From assembly GCA_018304385.1 (NCBI GenBank), contig JAGVWJ010000014.1, positions 13,621 through 77,620 on the forward strand: DNA of 64,000 nt, read 5' to 3'. The notes under the pieces are model-generated. The model saw only the letters and a list, made by a program, of their open reading frames with translations, was not told where the DNA came from and made no database searches. Of this stretch, positions 1-9,365 are shown piece by piece; positions within the stretch are counted from its first letter, which is position 1, and each line of letters opens with the position of its first letter. The translations under genes and the position numbers were made by a program. The DNA is from Candidatus Micrarchaeota archaeon (GTDB taxonomy: Archaea; Micrarchaeota; Micrarchaeia; Anstonellales; Bilamarchaeaceae).

Positions 1-1
1 A

Positions 2-823
2 ACTACAATTAAATTTCTTGAAGGAATTTCAAACAGCGCTGAAGGAACTCTGCCTGCCCCAACTGGCGCGCTCAAAGAAGCATTTGCTGAAGGAAGGCAA
101 GTTTCTGAACCTGAGATTTCAGATAAGGCTAACCTAGCTAATGCTGCAAAAAATGAATTGGAAGTACTTACTAAGCGATACGAAAATATTATAAAAAATT
201 TAATTGAGATTATAAAAAAGAATGGTATTAACGGAAAAATTAAGCAATATATACTCGAGGCTCTTTGTAATCATTTCATGGATAAAGGTAAATTTAAAGA
301 CTTGGGATTTTTGCTTGACCATAATGACCCTTTCATAAGAGTTAAGACAGCGCATTATTTAGTAGGCGTTGCTACCCTAGATGCTCCAGTAACAAAACTA
401 ATACACATCCCACCAGAGTTAAGAGAAAAGTTTAAGGTTGATTTTAATAAATTAATAAAGGTTTTCTTTGAGGTGCTATCTCCTGCTGCCAGTGCAATTG
501 ATGATCCCACAAGAATAGACATCAGATATACCGCGATCTATGGATTGAAGGTACTTGCAGGTAGAATAAAACCTGAAACGCTTAAAGAGAATATCTCTAA
601 CATTTTAGATATACTTAAAGAGGAAAAACTTGAATATGATGTTTATTGGCTTCTTAGAGATCTCATAGTAGATAAGAAGAAGAAAGAGGAGAAAGAAAAA
701 AATGCAAAAATAATTCTTAATGAGATAGAAAAACTTGATGAGAAAAGAAGGGAGATTCTCTCTAAATATGAAAACAAATATTGGTCTTTTTTAGAACTCA
801 AAGAAGGAAAAGGAGTGAGTTGA
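2..823 (+). CDS. hypothetical helical-repeat protein, 5' end outside window
   Basis: The frame of the 158..823 ORF stays open back to base 2, so the gene enters from upstream. It has HEAT-like helical segments (DPFIRVKTAHYLVG) and a K/E-rich tail, with no catalytic motif seen. Confidence 0.45.
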   Translation, partial: TTIKFLEGISNSAEGTLPAPTGALKEAFAEGRQVSEPEISDKANLANAAKNELEVLTKRYENIIKNLIEIIKKNGINGKIKQYILEALCNHFMDKGKFKDLGFLLDHNDPFIRVKTAHYLVGVATLDAPVTKLIHIPPELREKFKVDFNKLIKVFFEVLSPAASAIDDPTRIDIRYTAIYGLKVLAGRIKPETLKENISNILDILKEEKLEYDVYWLLRDLIVDKKKKEEKEKNAKIILNEIEKLDEKRREILSKYENKYWSFLELKEGKGVS

Positions 824-826
824 ATT

Positions 827-2149
827 TTACCCCACCATCATATTGCTAACGCGAATATGCGGGCCACCATCGCTAACTGGCGCTTCCTGATTAAACTTTC
901 CGCAAATACCTGGACTTGTATCGAAATCTTTGCCTACTAGTTCTACATGATTTAATGTTTCTAGAATATTCCCGCTAAGCGTAACATCGCGCAATAGCTT
1001 GCCGAGCTCTCCATTTTTTATTTCATATGCCTCTTCTGCCTTAAACATAAACCCTCCGCTAAAAATATCTACGCTTCCGCCTTTCATTCCTTTAAGATAT
1101 ATCCCATGTTTGATATCAAAAACATCTTCTCTGCTTGCCTTGCCTTGCATGAAATAGGTATTGCTCATGCGCACTATTGGTACTGCGTCAAAGCTATCTG
1201 CACGCGCGTGACCATTTGGCATAATGTTTAATCGCTCAGAAGTCTCGCGAGAATTTAGATAACCTTTAAGAATTCCATTCCTAACTAGCTCTGTTTTTTC
1301 TGCCTTAACACCTTCATCATCATAAGTGTAATTACCAAAATCTTCAGCTGTTGGGTCATCAATAATATTCACTAGCTCATTACCGATTTTTTTATTTAGT
1401 TTTCCTGCAAGAATTGATTCACGGTCTATAATGCTATCTGCCTCAGTTGCGTGGCCCAATGCCTCATGACTAAATACGCCAGTCATTTCTGGATCAAGAA
1501 CAACTGTGAATCTACCTTTTGGCGGTGCAACCGCATATAGCAATCGCTCTGCTTTTTCATCTGCTATTTTCGCAATCTTATAAAGATCTATTTTATCAAA
1601 TCCTTTAATTGATGCTGCATTTTCATAACCGCGTTGAACAAGCTCTCCGCTCTTTGTAATCGCAGTATAAGAAAGATAGGTGTAATCCTGTTCTTGAACG
1701 ATTTCACTGCCAGTGGGATTGTGAAATTCTTTATTTAGATTAAAACTACTGCAAGAAATAATAGTACTTATAACGTGCTTGCCAGAGATTTCTTTTTTGG
1801 CATCAAGTAAAGAATTCAGTTTCTCTTCTATTGGTGTTTCCTTTGTTTTATTTTTAATTGTTTTTATCTCGCTTTTTGTTTCTTTTAATTTTATATTTCC
1901 TTTTTCCAATCTTGCTAGCTTGGTGGCTCTTTCTAAGAGCACAGCAACATCACAATTAATATTATTACTAGAAGCAAACCCCCAAGAATTACTTTCAAGC
2001 ACGCGCGCAGATATTCCATAAAATGTTCCAGAAGAGGATTTTATTTCGTCATTAGTTATTCTTATTGCAGATTCACTGCCGTGGTGTATGCGTAGTTCTG
2101 CGTATTGATATTTAGAAAGTAAATTAGAGTAATCAGAACCCATAACCAA
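827..2149 (-). CDS. tldD: TldD/PmbA-family metalloprotease
   Basis: 440 aa with an HEALGH metal-binding motif, a GHARADSF segment and a C-terminal GICGK...GGPHIRV typical of TldD/PmbA. Confidence 0.85.
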   Translation of the reverse strand: MVMGSDYSNLLSKYQYAELRIHHGSESAIRITNDEIKSSSGTFYGISARVLESNSWGFASSNNINCDVAVLLERATKLARLEKGNIKLKETKSEIKTIKNKTKETPIEEKLNSLLDAKKEISGKHVISTIISCSSFNLNKEFHNPTGSEIVQEQDYTYLSYTAITKSGELVQRGYENAASIKGFDKIDLYKIAKIADEKAERLLYAVAPPKGRFTVVLDPEMTGVFSHEALGHATEADSIIDRESILAGKLNKKIGNELVNIIDDPTAEDFGNYTYDDEGVKAEKTELVRNGILKGYLNSRETSERLNIMPNGHARADSFDAVPIVRMSNTYFMQGKASREDVFDIKHGIYLKGMKGGSVDIFSGGFMFKAEEAYEIKNGELGKLLRDVTLSGNILETLNHVELVGKDFDTSPGICGKFNQEAPVSDGGPHIRVSNMMVG

Positions 2150-2166
2150 AAACTCCTAACCAAAAA

Positions 2167-2496
2167 CTAAACTATTTGTTTCAACTTATCTGCATATTCC
2201 TTTAACATTTTTTTCTGGTCTCTGCTTTTTACAACCCCACATAATAAGTAGCTTCCTACTGGTAATAGCACAAGAAATAGCCCTCCTGCGGATATTTCTA
2301 TTTCTCGTTGTGTATCTTTTAATGTTTTAAGCAAGGCATCACATACATTTGAAAGCGAGGCAAATGTACTCGCACCGCTTTCGCTAAGCGAGATAGTAGA
2401 ACTAATAAGAATACCGTCGTTTCGAACAACCGCACCAGTTATTCCATTATTGCGCATCTCTGCAAGCAAATCGTCAACACTTTTAGTTTCTGCCAT
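2167..2496 (-). CDS. Roadblock/LC7 (MglB-like) domain protein
   Basis: 109 aa. The GITGAVVRNDGILISS...LFLVLLPVG pattern is typical of the Roadblock/LC7 fold. It is preceded by a copy of the leader repeat. Confidence 0.55.
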   Translation of the reverse strand: MAETKSVDDLLAEMRNNGITGAVVRNDGILISSTISLSESGASTFASLSNVCDALLKTLKDTQREIEISAGGLFLVLLPVGSYLLCGVVKSRDQKKMLKEYADKLKQIV

Positions 2497-2620
2497 CTAT
2501 GTTCTCCCCCTATTTTCTCCTTATTACGAAGCCGTCATTTTACTTATATTTTCTATAGTGACGCAGTCTTTTATAATCCTATGCTGCGTCGGCCGTCTTC
2601 ATGTTTTATATGTAAATAAA
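2497..2620 (-). repeat. promoter-leader repeat, copy 1 (upstream of Roadblock gene)
   Basis: Read on the minus strand: tttttatttacata..gacggccGACGCAG-cataggattataaaaga-CTGCGTCactatagaaaatataagtaaaatgacgg...aaggag..acatagATG. The hairpin arms are 2560-66 and 2584-90. Confidence 0.75.
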
Positions 2621-2623
2621 AAC

Positions 2624-2651
2624 TAATGGCTCATTGCTGAATGCTCATTGC
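2624..2651 (-). repeat. heptamer array, GC type, 4 units
   Basis: Minus strand: gcaatga gcattca gcaatga gccatta, followed directly by the tttttatttacata of leader copy 1. Confidence 0.75.
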
Positions 2652-2656
2652 AGCAG

Positions 2657-3373
2657 TTATAATACCATTAGTCCACTTGGTCCAAGCTTAATTGGTAAGA
2701 ATAAACTTTGCCCTGGAATATCCAACTCAAAGGATCCTCCTTTATCGACTATTATGTATTTTTCATCGATCATATGTTCAACCATGCCTAGTAATTGCTT
2801 ATCGTGCACCCCTTCTTCAACTAAGAATAAAACAGTTGCTCCAGCATTGCGCAGCCTACCGCTTACTACTTGTAAAAATTTAAGCATGGAATCTTTTGGA
2901 TTATAAAGTAATAATGTCGAGAGCGAGCTGAATATAACGCGTAGTTTTTTTCCTGCAGTTTTATTTATGATATCTCCTATGTTAAATGACATGTCCTCAA
3001 GTGCTTGCGGTCCAGAAACACTAGTAACGTTTGGCTCTTTGGAAGGACTACCTATTGTTTGTGAATAACAATCAACGAAACTTATTTCTCCATTTAGATC
3101 AAGATCTATTGAAGATGCTTTTTCTTTAATGGCGGATGGAGTCAAATCTGAAGTTATAAATAGGATGTGCTCGTTCTTTGATTTTAGACCTGCTGCTGCA
3201 AAATGGTAAGCTAATGCTGTTTTCTCTGTACAACTGGGGCCTAAAACCAAAACATTACCTGGATTAAGATAACCGCCTTCTAGGATTATATCTAAATCCT
3301 TAATGCCAGTAGATAGCCTATTTTTCTTTATTATTGGTAGATTTTCGTCTACACCTAATGGGGGTAATTCCAT
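2657..3373 (-). CDS. KaiC/RecA-superfamily ATPase-like protein (deviant Walker motifs)
   Basis: Start trimmed to MELPPLGV (ATG at 3373), because the longer ORF runs through the divergent promoter and leader repeat. It has the GIKDLDIILEGG + LGPSCTEKT layout of KaiC-like proteins. Walker A carries E where G is expected, and the Walker B strand reads RVIFSSLS, lacking Asp. Confidence 0.6.
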   Translation of the reverse strand: MELPPLGVDENLPIIKKNRLSTGIKDLDIILEGGYLNPGNVLVLGPSCTEKTALAYHFAAAGLKSKNEHILFITSDLTPSAIKEKASSIDLDLNGEISFVDCYSQTIGSPSKEPNVTSVSGPQALEDMSFNIGDIINKTAGKKLRVIFSSLSTLLLYNPKDSMLKFLQVVSGRLRNAGATVLFLVEEGVHDKQLLGMVEHMIDEKYIIVDKGGSFELDIPGQSLFLPIKLGPSGLMVL

Positions 3374-3427
3374 AAAAGTGATATACAGCAATCGCTTAAA
3401 AATCTTTCCACAGAAAGTCATTAAATT

Positions 3428-3524
3428 GCCGACGCAGTATACGAAACCATAAGACTGCGTCACCATAGAAAACATAAGTAGAACGACTGCTTTATAAAAA
3501 TGAGAAACAAGGAGGAGGACATAG
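3428..3524 (+). repeat. promoter-leader repeat, copy 2 (upstream of FNR-like gene; 5' part divergent)
   Basis: gccGACGCAG-tatacgaaaccataaga-CTGCGTCaccatagaaaacataagtagaacgac...aaaatgagaaacaaggaggaggacatagATG. The arms are 3431-37 and 3455-61. Confidence 0.75.
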
Positions 3525-4229
3525 ATGGAGATAAAAAAATATAAGATTTCTAGTGTTAGAAATGATGGTACAAATGTAAAGATATTTACTTTAGAGAGTA
3601 CCAATGGCCATAACGTACAGTTTAAACCCGGACAGTTTGTAAACCTTTACTTACTTGAAAATGGAAACTTTTCTATTTTTAGGCAGTTTTCTATTGCATC
3701 CGGCCCAAGCAGTGCTCAGTTGGAATTCTGTATAAAGATATTACAAGATGGAAAATTTACTAGCGCACTTGATAAACTATCTATTGGTGCTGAGATCGGA
3801 TTGGCTGGGCCATTTGGCCATTTCGTATACCAAGGGCAAAAAGAATGCGTGTTTATTGCTGCTGGCACAGGAATTGCACCTATGATGAGCATGCTCCGCT
3901 ACATTAATGAGAATAAAATAGATGGCGAATTTATAGTATTATATACTAACAAAACAGAAGACTCTATAATATATTATAATGAATTAAAGAAACTTCAGGC
4001 AGAGAATAAAAATATTAAAGTAGTGTTTACGCTTACCCAAGAGACGCCTGCACATTGGCAAGGAGAACTTGGAAGAATAAGCAGTGAGATGGTTGAAAAA
4101 TACGTAACTAAGTCTAATGAAAGGATGTGGTTTTTCTGCGGGCCAGTGGAATTTGTTAAAACTATTAAAGAGCACGCATTAGGCAAGGGCGCTCAGCCTG
4201 ATAAGATGAAAATAGAGGGATGGGGATAA
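3525..4229 (+). CDS. ferredoxin-NADP reductase-like FAD/NAD(P)-binding oxidoreductase
   Basis: RQFSIAS (RxYS-type FAD motif), GTGIAPMMSM NAD(P)-binding motif and a C-terminal FFCGPVEF. There is a GGAGG 8 nt upstream of the ATG. Confidence 0.8.
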   Translation: MEIKKYKISSVRNDGTNVKIFTLESTNGHNVQFKPGQFVNLYLLENGNFSIFRQFSIASGPSSAQLEFCIKILQDGKFTSALDKLSIGAEIGLAGPFGHFVYQGQKECVFIAAGTGIAPMMSMLRYINENKIDGEFIVLYTNKTEDSIIYYNELKKLQAENKNIKVVFTLTQETPAHWQGELGRISSEMVEKYVTKSNERMWFFCGPVEFVKTIKEHALGKGAQPDKMKIEGWG

Positions 4230-4251
4230 AACATAAGCTTTTAAACTCTTT

Positions 4252-4261
4252 TTACCACAAT
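4252..4261 (+). promoter_or_regulatory. fourth TTACCACAAT occurrence, fused to a TATA-like box
   Basis: ctctttttaccacaatatatac, 107 nt upstream of the ATG of the Arg-rich membrane protein gene. Confidence 0.35.
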
Positions 4262-4367
4262 ATATACTATACTGAACCTCCAAAAAAAGTCGGATCAGTC
4301 TATTCATAACCAAAGAGATGACTTCCTCGGTTGTGAATTGACCAGAAAAAGGTAGTAGGTTGTGAAT

Positions 4368-5714
4368 ATGATTAGAATTAATCTTAGCCCTCCGCAACAG
4401 CAAACACGACACCGTAGAGCTGGTGCTGTCCTGGCATTCGGTGCAGCTGCATTATTAGCTAGTGCCATAGGAATAGGAACTGCTCATTATTTCAAATCTA
4501 GGGCACCTGCACAAGAACTTATACAACTAATAGATTTAGGAGAACCAATAGCTGAAGACCCAAATAAACCAAGATGCGAAGGCGAAGCAAAGAAAATAGT
4601 TGATATTTATGCAGATGGTATTGCAAGTTCAAGCAAACATAGAGTAAATAGGGCATTAGAGCAGATTGAAAAAAAGAGTAATGACCCTAATGCTAAACAA
4701 TTCCTTCATGAACTAGGATTATGTCTAAAAGAAAATGAGTATGTAGGCCCAATTGTAAATGCGTACTCATTTTCACGTGGCACGCCTGCAGGCGCTACCA
4801 ATCTTGAACGGATAGCAGATGCAACCCTAGAAGTAAGAACTAATCCTGATGCAGAAAGAAGATATGGGAAAAAATTCTTTGAAGCAACTACAAAACCAAA
4901 AAAGGCAGAGAAAAAAGATGAAAATGGGCTAAGTTGGTACCATTTACTATTTGTTGGCATTATTGCTGCAGGATACGCAGTAATACGCATGATTACAAAC
5001 ATAAAACCTGAAGAAAAGAAAACAAAGGAACCTGATGTAGGCCACGAGGATATAGATACAGAACAACCACTTGATAGAACTAGGGCAACAAGAAAGTTAG
5101 GAGGAAGTGAAACAGAAGCAGATCGATTATTACATGAAATATTTGATGATTTGGCGCCTCAAGAAAGACAGGAATTATTACAAATCCAATACATGCTTTC
5201 ATATCAAAGAACATTAGAGGAGTATCTATCAATGGAAGGGGTAATAGAACGGGGAGTTGCTGAAGTAACACTAAGAAGGGCAAAATATTTTGTAAAACTA
5301 TCAGAAGATGCAAAGAGAGAGGTAATAGTGCTTACTGAGCAATTAGCAGACAGATTGCTAAGTTGGGCTAGAAGCGAATCAATAGATAGGTCTTTTAATT
5401 ATCAAAGAGAAAAATACATATCTGCAATGCTCTGGGACATATTAAAATACGATGCGCACGTTGATGGCGCTGTTACAATTAAAAACCAAAGAAAGCCAGT
5501 ATTTAATAATATCTCGGACTTGCAAGAAGCTTCTTTTATTAGAGATGCTGGAATAGATTTAAGTGTGCCAGAGCGATTAACCGAAAGCGAGTTACAAACA
5601 ATCATTGATAACTGCTATTTCGATGTCTCTCCAATCGGCCGTGGGCCAGATGTAAGGCTAAGGCAAGAGCTAACAATTCAGAGAATGAAGCAATGGTTTA
5701 AAAATGAGCAATAA
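4368..5714 (+). CDS. hypothetical membrane-anchored protein, Arg/Ala-rich
   Basis: ATG at 4368, two codons inside the GTG-started ORF. It has an N-terminal TM (AVLAFGAAALLASAIGIG) and a second TM near residue 190. Composition is unlike its neighbours, and I recognised no family. Confidence 0.45.
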   Translation: MIRINLSPPQQQTRHRRAGAVLAFGAAALLASAIGIGTAHYFKSRAPAQELIQLIDLGEPIAEDPNKPRCEGEAKKIVDIYADGIASSSKHRVNRALEQIEKKSNDPNAKQFLHELGLCLKENEYVGPIVNAYSFSRGTPAGATNLERIADATLEVRTNPDAERRYGKKFFEATTKPKKAEKKDENGLSWYHLLFVGIIAAGYAVIRMITNIKPEEKKTKEPDVGHEDIDTEQPLDRTRATRKLGGSETEADRLLHEIFDDLAPQERQELLQIQYMLSYQRTLEEYLSMEGVIERGVAEVTLRRAKYFVKLSEDAKREVIVLTEQLADRLLSWARSESIDRSFNYQREKYISAMLWDILKYDAHVDGAVTIKNQRKPVFNNISDLQEASFIRDAGIDLSVPERLTESELQTIIDNCYFDVSPIGRGPDVRLRQELTIQRMKQWFKNEQ

Positions 5715-5774
5715 TTAACTTTAAAAATCGAATATAATATACTAGTATCAACTAATTATTTAACAGGTGAATTT

Positions 5775-6245
5775 ATGGATAAAACTATTGATGCAATTGT
5801 AGATGGCGGTAAAGCAACATCTGGCCCACCTTTAGGACCGGCACTTGGACCATTAGGTGTAAATGCGGGTCAGGTAGTTGCGAAAATAAACGAGGCAACA
5901 AGCTCATTCTCTGGTATGAAAGTACCAGTAAAAGTAATAGTAAATACCAAAACAAAGGAATTCAAAATTGAAATTGGCACTCCACCAACAGCTGAGATAA
6001 TCAAAAAAGAAGCTGGGATAGCAAAGGGAGCAGCTAGTAAAGATGCAAAGGCAGGGAATATTGAATTAGAAAAAATTATAAAAATCGCAAAACAAAAGAG
6101 CAACTCGCTAGGCAAAGACACAAAATCAGTTGTTAATGAAATACTGGGTACTTGCGTAAGCATGGGCGTTACTGTTAACGGAAAAGATGCCAAGTTGGTT
6201 ATAAAAGAAATGAAAGAAGGAAAACATGAACCTTTACTGCCATGA
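5775..6245 (+). CDS. rpl11: 50S ribosomal protein L11 (uL11)
   Basis: GGKATSGPPLGPALGPLGVN signature, 156 aa. Confidence 0.95.
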   Translation: MDKTIDAIVDGGKATSGPPLGPALGPLGVNAGQVVAKINEATSSFSGMKVPVKVIVNTKTKEFKIEIGTPPTAEIIKKEAGIAKGAASKDAKAGNIELEKIIKIAKQKSNSLGKDTKSVVNEILGTCVSMGVTVNGKDAKLVIKEMKEGKHEPLLP

Positions 6246-6287
6246 GCTGTGAGCAGTCAGCAATGGGCCCATGGCTCAGGGCAACAA
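6239..6287 (+). repeat. heptamer array, GC type, 7 units
   Basis: gccatga gctgtga gcagtca gcaatgg gcccatg gctcagg gcaacaa. It starts on the L11 stop codon and ends at the tatttaaatatta box 16 nt before the propeller-protein ATG. Confidence 0.85.
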
Positions 6288-6316
6288 TATTTAAATATTA
6301 TTTACTAGTTAATCTC

Positions 6317-7957
6317 ATGCAAAAAACAATACTCACAGCTTTTATCCTAATTTTATTTATATCCGCAGCCTTTGCAGAGGTTGAATGGGAGTATCATGCA
6401 GACGCAGGGATTTCATTAAAACCAATAGTATCAGGTAATAAAATATTTATTGCATCACAAGATGGCATTCTACATGCAGTATCATTGAATACAGGAAAAA
6501 TGCTATGGAAGCGGGCAATTGGAAAATTTGTATTACAACCTATTCTGTTTCAAAGTAATATAATTGTTGCAAATAACAACGGTACAATAGCAAAAATAAA
6601 GCAGGACGGCACAGTTGAATCACAATTAAACATACCCTCGATTAATTCAAAAGTAACTACAATATACGGAATTGATAGTGCCACAAACAAGATATATCTA
6701 ACAACAGATGGAGGAGTTTTTACATTAGAAGAGAATAATGTTTCTTCATTTTTTAACGCAACATCTTCAAAGACGTACACAAGTCCAACTGTAAGCGGTT
6801 CTAAGATAGTTTTCGGTGCAGGTGATGAACTTATCGTCTTAAATACAAATAAACAAGTAGCCTGGCGAAAAAAGGTTGCTGAATTTTGGACTTCTAAACC
6901 AATAGTAGAGGGTTCTGTGATATATATAGGGGCACTGGATAATGCTATATACGCATTTGATTTAGATGACGGGAATTTACTTTGGAGGTATGAAACCGAT
7001 GGATGGGTTGCAAGCACACCATATATAGAAGGAAGCACCGTATACGTAGGAAGCAATGATGGATATGTTTACGCAATATCAAATGGATATTTACAATGGA
7101 AGGCAAAAACAGATCAGGCTGTTCAAACCATGCCAATAAGCGGGAGTTTTGCTGGTAGAGATGCTTTATTTGTTGGTAGTAGTGATGGAAAGCTTTATGC
7201 CGTAGAAAAAAATACAGGGAAAATATTATGGAGATTCTTAGCAGGAGACTGGGTTGCAAGCCCCGCAATTAGCGTGGATAAAATAATTGTAGGATCAAGA
7301 AATGGAATTGTATACAGTATAAAAACTGAAAGAGGTTGTACGATAAACGAGCCAGAAGAAAAATCAACAGTTGGTCAAAAAGAGGTAAGGTTAAAGGGCA
7401 TTGCATTATCTAATAGCGGCTCTCCAAGTGTTAGTGTACGCATTGGCAATGATGGACCATGGAAATCAGCAAGCGTAAGCGGGGATGAATGGAAACTTAA
7501 GTTAGATCCTTCTGAAATGCGTGCTGGGCCAAATCGCATATTTTGCAAAGTAAGCGATGCTGGTGGCGAGGAAAGCGAGCCTTATTACTCTACAATATTA
7601 CTAAAAAATCCTAGTATACCAAAATCAAAACTCATTGTAACTGCGCCAAAAAGTGTTAATGCAAATAAATTATTTGTAATATCTGTAAATGATGGTGATG
7701 ATAATTCCCCAGTAGAAGAGTTTAAGATTATATACGAGGGTAAGGAAGAGATTGCCACTGGGAATATAACATTAAATATTACAAAGGAAGGAAAATTCTC
7801 TGGGAATATAACTAAGACTGGATTTGAGGATACAAGTGTGCAATTAGATATTAAGGTGCCGAATCCATTGGTTGATATGGCTGTGCCTGCGATTGGCGGG
7901 TTATTATTACTAGCGATATTATACTTCTTTGTAGTTAGGAGATTATTTAGAAGATGA
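6317..7957 (+). CDS. secreted PQQ-like beta-propeller repeat protein with C-terminal membrane anchor
   Basis: Start moved to MQKTILTAFILILFISAAFA (signal peptide), because the upstream part of the ORF is a heptamer array plus a TATA-like box. It has repeated G..YA.D..tG..lW motifs, Ig-like middle domains and a C-terminal TM followed by RRLFRR. Confidence 0.75.
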   Translation: MQKTILTAFILILFISAAFAEVEWEYHADAGISLKPIVSGNKIFIASQDGILHAVSLNTGKMLWKRAIGKFVLQPILFQSNIIVANNNGTIAKIKQDGTVESQLNIPSINSKVTTIYGIDSATNKIYLTTDGGVFTLEENNVSSFFNATSSKTYTSPTVSGSKIVFGAGDELIVLNTNKQVAWRKKVAEFWTSKPIVEGSVIYIGALDNAIYAFDLDDGNLLWRYETDGWVASTPYIEGSTVYVGSNDGYVYAISNGYLQWKAKTDQAVQTMPISGSFAGRDALFVGSSDGKLYAVEKNTGKILWRFLAGDWVASPAISVDKIIVGSRNGIVYSIKTERGCTINEPEEKSTVGQKEVRLKGIALSNSGSPSVSVRIGNDGPWKSASVSGDEWKLKLDPSEMRAGPNRIFCKVSDAGGEESEPYYSTILLKNPSIPKSKLIVTAPKSVNANKLFVISVNDGDDNSPVEEFKIIYEGKEEIATGNITLNITKEGKFSGNITKTGFEDTSVQLDIKVPNPLVDMAVPAIGGLLLLAILYFFVVRRLFRR

Positions 7958-8401
7958 TTATTGGCTGGAGCGATCTTCTTTTAAGACCGATAAAATTCGC
8001 AAAAATTCGGTTGGAGAAATAATTTTTATTCCTTCAAATTCCCTTAGCTTCAGCAGGTGCGCGGCATCGTACGTAATAATATAATCAGCTTTCGCTTCTA
8101 TCGCGCACTCCAAAACTTTGTTATCATCTGGATCATCCTTAACAAAATCAATTTTCCGTTTTGGATCAACTATTTCACAGCTTTCTAATAATTTGATAAT
8201 TACTGATTTTATTGCCAAATGCTTTTCTTCTATTTTTTCAATAATCTCTTCGCTATGCATAACTTTGTTGTATTCTTCCAAAATATCCTTAGAGAGAAAG
8301 CATCCTATCCTCTTCTGCTCGATTAATTGCATGATCTGATAGGCTTCACCTTCCCAAAACGTTCCGGATATGAGAACGTTGGTGTCCAAAACAACGTTCA
8401 T
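7958..8401 (-). CDS. vapC: PIN-domain toxin (VapC-like)
   Basis: VVLDTNVLIS N-terminal acidic motif, 147 aa. It overlaps the upstream antitoxin gene by 4 nt. Confidence 0.8.
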   Translation of the reverse strand: MNVVLDTNVLISGTFWEGEAYQIMQLIEQKRIGCFLSKDILEEYNKVMHSEEIIEKIEEKHLAIKSVIIKLLESCEIVDPKRKIDFVKDDPDDNKVLECAIEAKADYIITYDAAHLLKLREFEGIKIISPTEFLRILSVLKEDRSSQ

Positions 8402-8646
8402 TTCTTTCGCATCTCGTGGATTAGTTTATCTACCTCTGTTTCGTTAATCTTCTTTTTAGCTTCTCGTAATGGTTGGGTAACCTGCTTCCATGTCTGTACA
8501 CTTACTTTTTTGATAAGCAGTGTATCCTCTTCTAAAAAGAAAAACACTCTGGCTCCTTCCTCCAAACCCATTTCCTTGCGGATATCTACAGGTATGGCTA
8601 TCTGCCCTCTTGCACTTACTGTTCCCATCTCAAGCATCTCGCTCAT
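8398..8646 (-). CDS. vapB: AbrB/SpoVT-family antitoxin
   Basis: GQIAIPVDIRKEMGLEEG swapped-hairpin motif, 82 aa, translationally coupled to the PIN gene. Confidence 0.8.
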   Translation of the reverse strand: MSEMLEMGTVSARGQIAIPVDIRKEMGLEEGARVFFFLEEDTLLIKKVSVQTWKQVTQPLREAKKKINETEVDKLIHEMRKK

Positions 8647-8713
8647 ATAATCACCAAATCTTATTAGTAAGACAGGTCTTATAAATCTTACTACGGGCTT
8701 CTTAGTACCTCTT

Positions 8714-8727
8714 GTTTTGAGTAGGGT
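8714..8727 (+). repeat. short heptamer pair, GT type, abutting a TATA-like box
   Basis: gttttga gtagggt, then ataaaaatta. Only 2 units, so this is weak. Confidence 0.3.
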
Positions 8728-8848
8728 ATAAAAATTAGGTCAAGTGGATTTATTCTTTTATGCAAGATCTTCAAATTCTAGGAATTTGGAGAGATCGAGA
8801 ACGAAGTTCTCGGGATGGTTTATGTGTAGTAAACCAGAACAAGAAAAT

Positions 8849-9298
8849 TTATGCATATGCACAAGCTGCTGCAGGTGTTGGTTCCGTTACATCATTTGTA
8901 CCTTGGATTGGTTCAAGTTTCCGAACGTAAAGTCCCTCACGTCTTAAAACACGAGCTAAATTTTTAGCAAGTTGCAATTCTAATTCGCTATCGTACCGTA
9001 TTATCGGCCGCGAATCTTTCCAAACCCGTACCTGTAAAACAGTTTTTCCAGCTTCATTTTTTATATTAAGATCCGCACCAACAATTTCGTCATGTGGTTT
9101 TGAAGCCCAGTGACTAGAAGGACGACTTCTGTAATATAAGTCATGAGATATTAAAGTCGGCCCAAAACCATAACGGGCTATTGCAACTGCAATTGGTTCT
9201 ACCATTACCTTAAAACCAGAAGGTAATGCTTTTCTTACAATGGCTTCAGCACTTTCTTGTCTTCTTGTTAAATTCCATGAACGTAAACCAAGCATCAT
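8849..9298 (-). CDS. hypothetical protein (Arg-rich, atypical composition)
   Basis: 149-aa ORF without a recognisable motif. Supported only by its length and the lack of a competing gene. Confidence 0.35.
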   Translation of the reverse strand: MMLGLRSWNLTRRQESAEAIVRKALPSGFKVMVEPIAVAIARYGFGPTLISHDLYYRSRPSSHWASKPHDEIVGADLNIKNEAGKTVLQVRVWKDSRPIIRYDSELELQLAKNLARVLRREGLYVRKLEPIQGTNDVTEPTPAAACAYA

Positions 9299-9365
9299 CT
9301 ATACCACATATATATTTCAGGTAACCTCAATTTTAAATTCTTTCATTTTACCATTTTATTCGACT

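Noticed and set aside
1779-2021. Antisense or shadow ORFs inside well-supported genes. Examples are 1779-2021, 2634-2906, 5870-6193, 6550-7056, 13963-14385, 16240-16644, 27852-28163, 44655-45029, 52047-52334 and 60225-60668.
   Set aside because: Each lies entirely opposite a gene with strong family motifs, has low-complexity or Ser/Leu/Phe-rich translation typical of antisense AT-rich frames, and has no independent start context.
3374-3604. N-terminal extensions in the ORF track. These are 2657-3604, 6242-, 12250-, 23137-, 26967-, 33349, 39026- and 59275-.
   Set aside because: The extensions translate heptamer arrays, leader repeats, TATA-like boxes or the antisense of a neighbouring gene. 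Internal Met codons with conserved N-termini or signal peptides give better starts.
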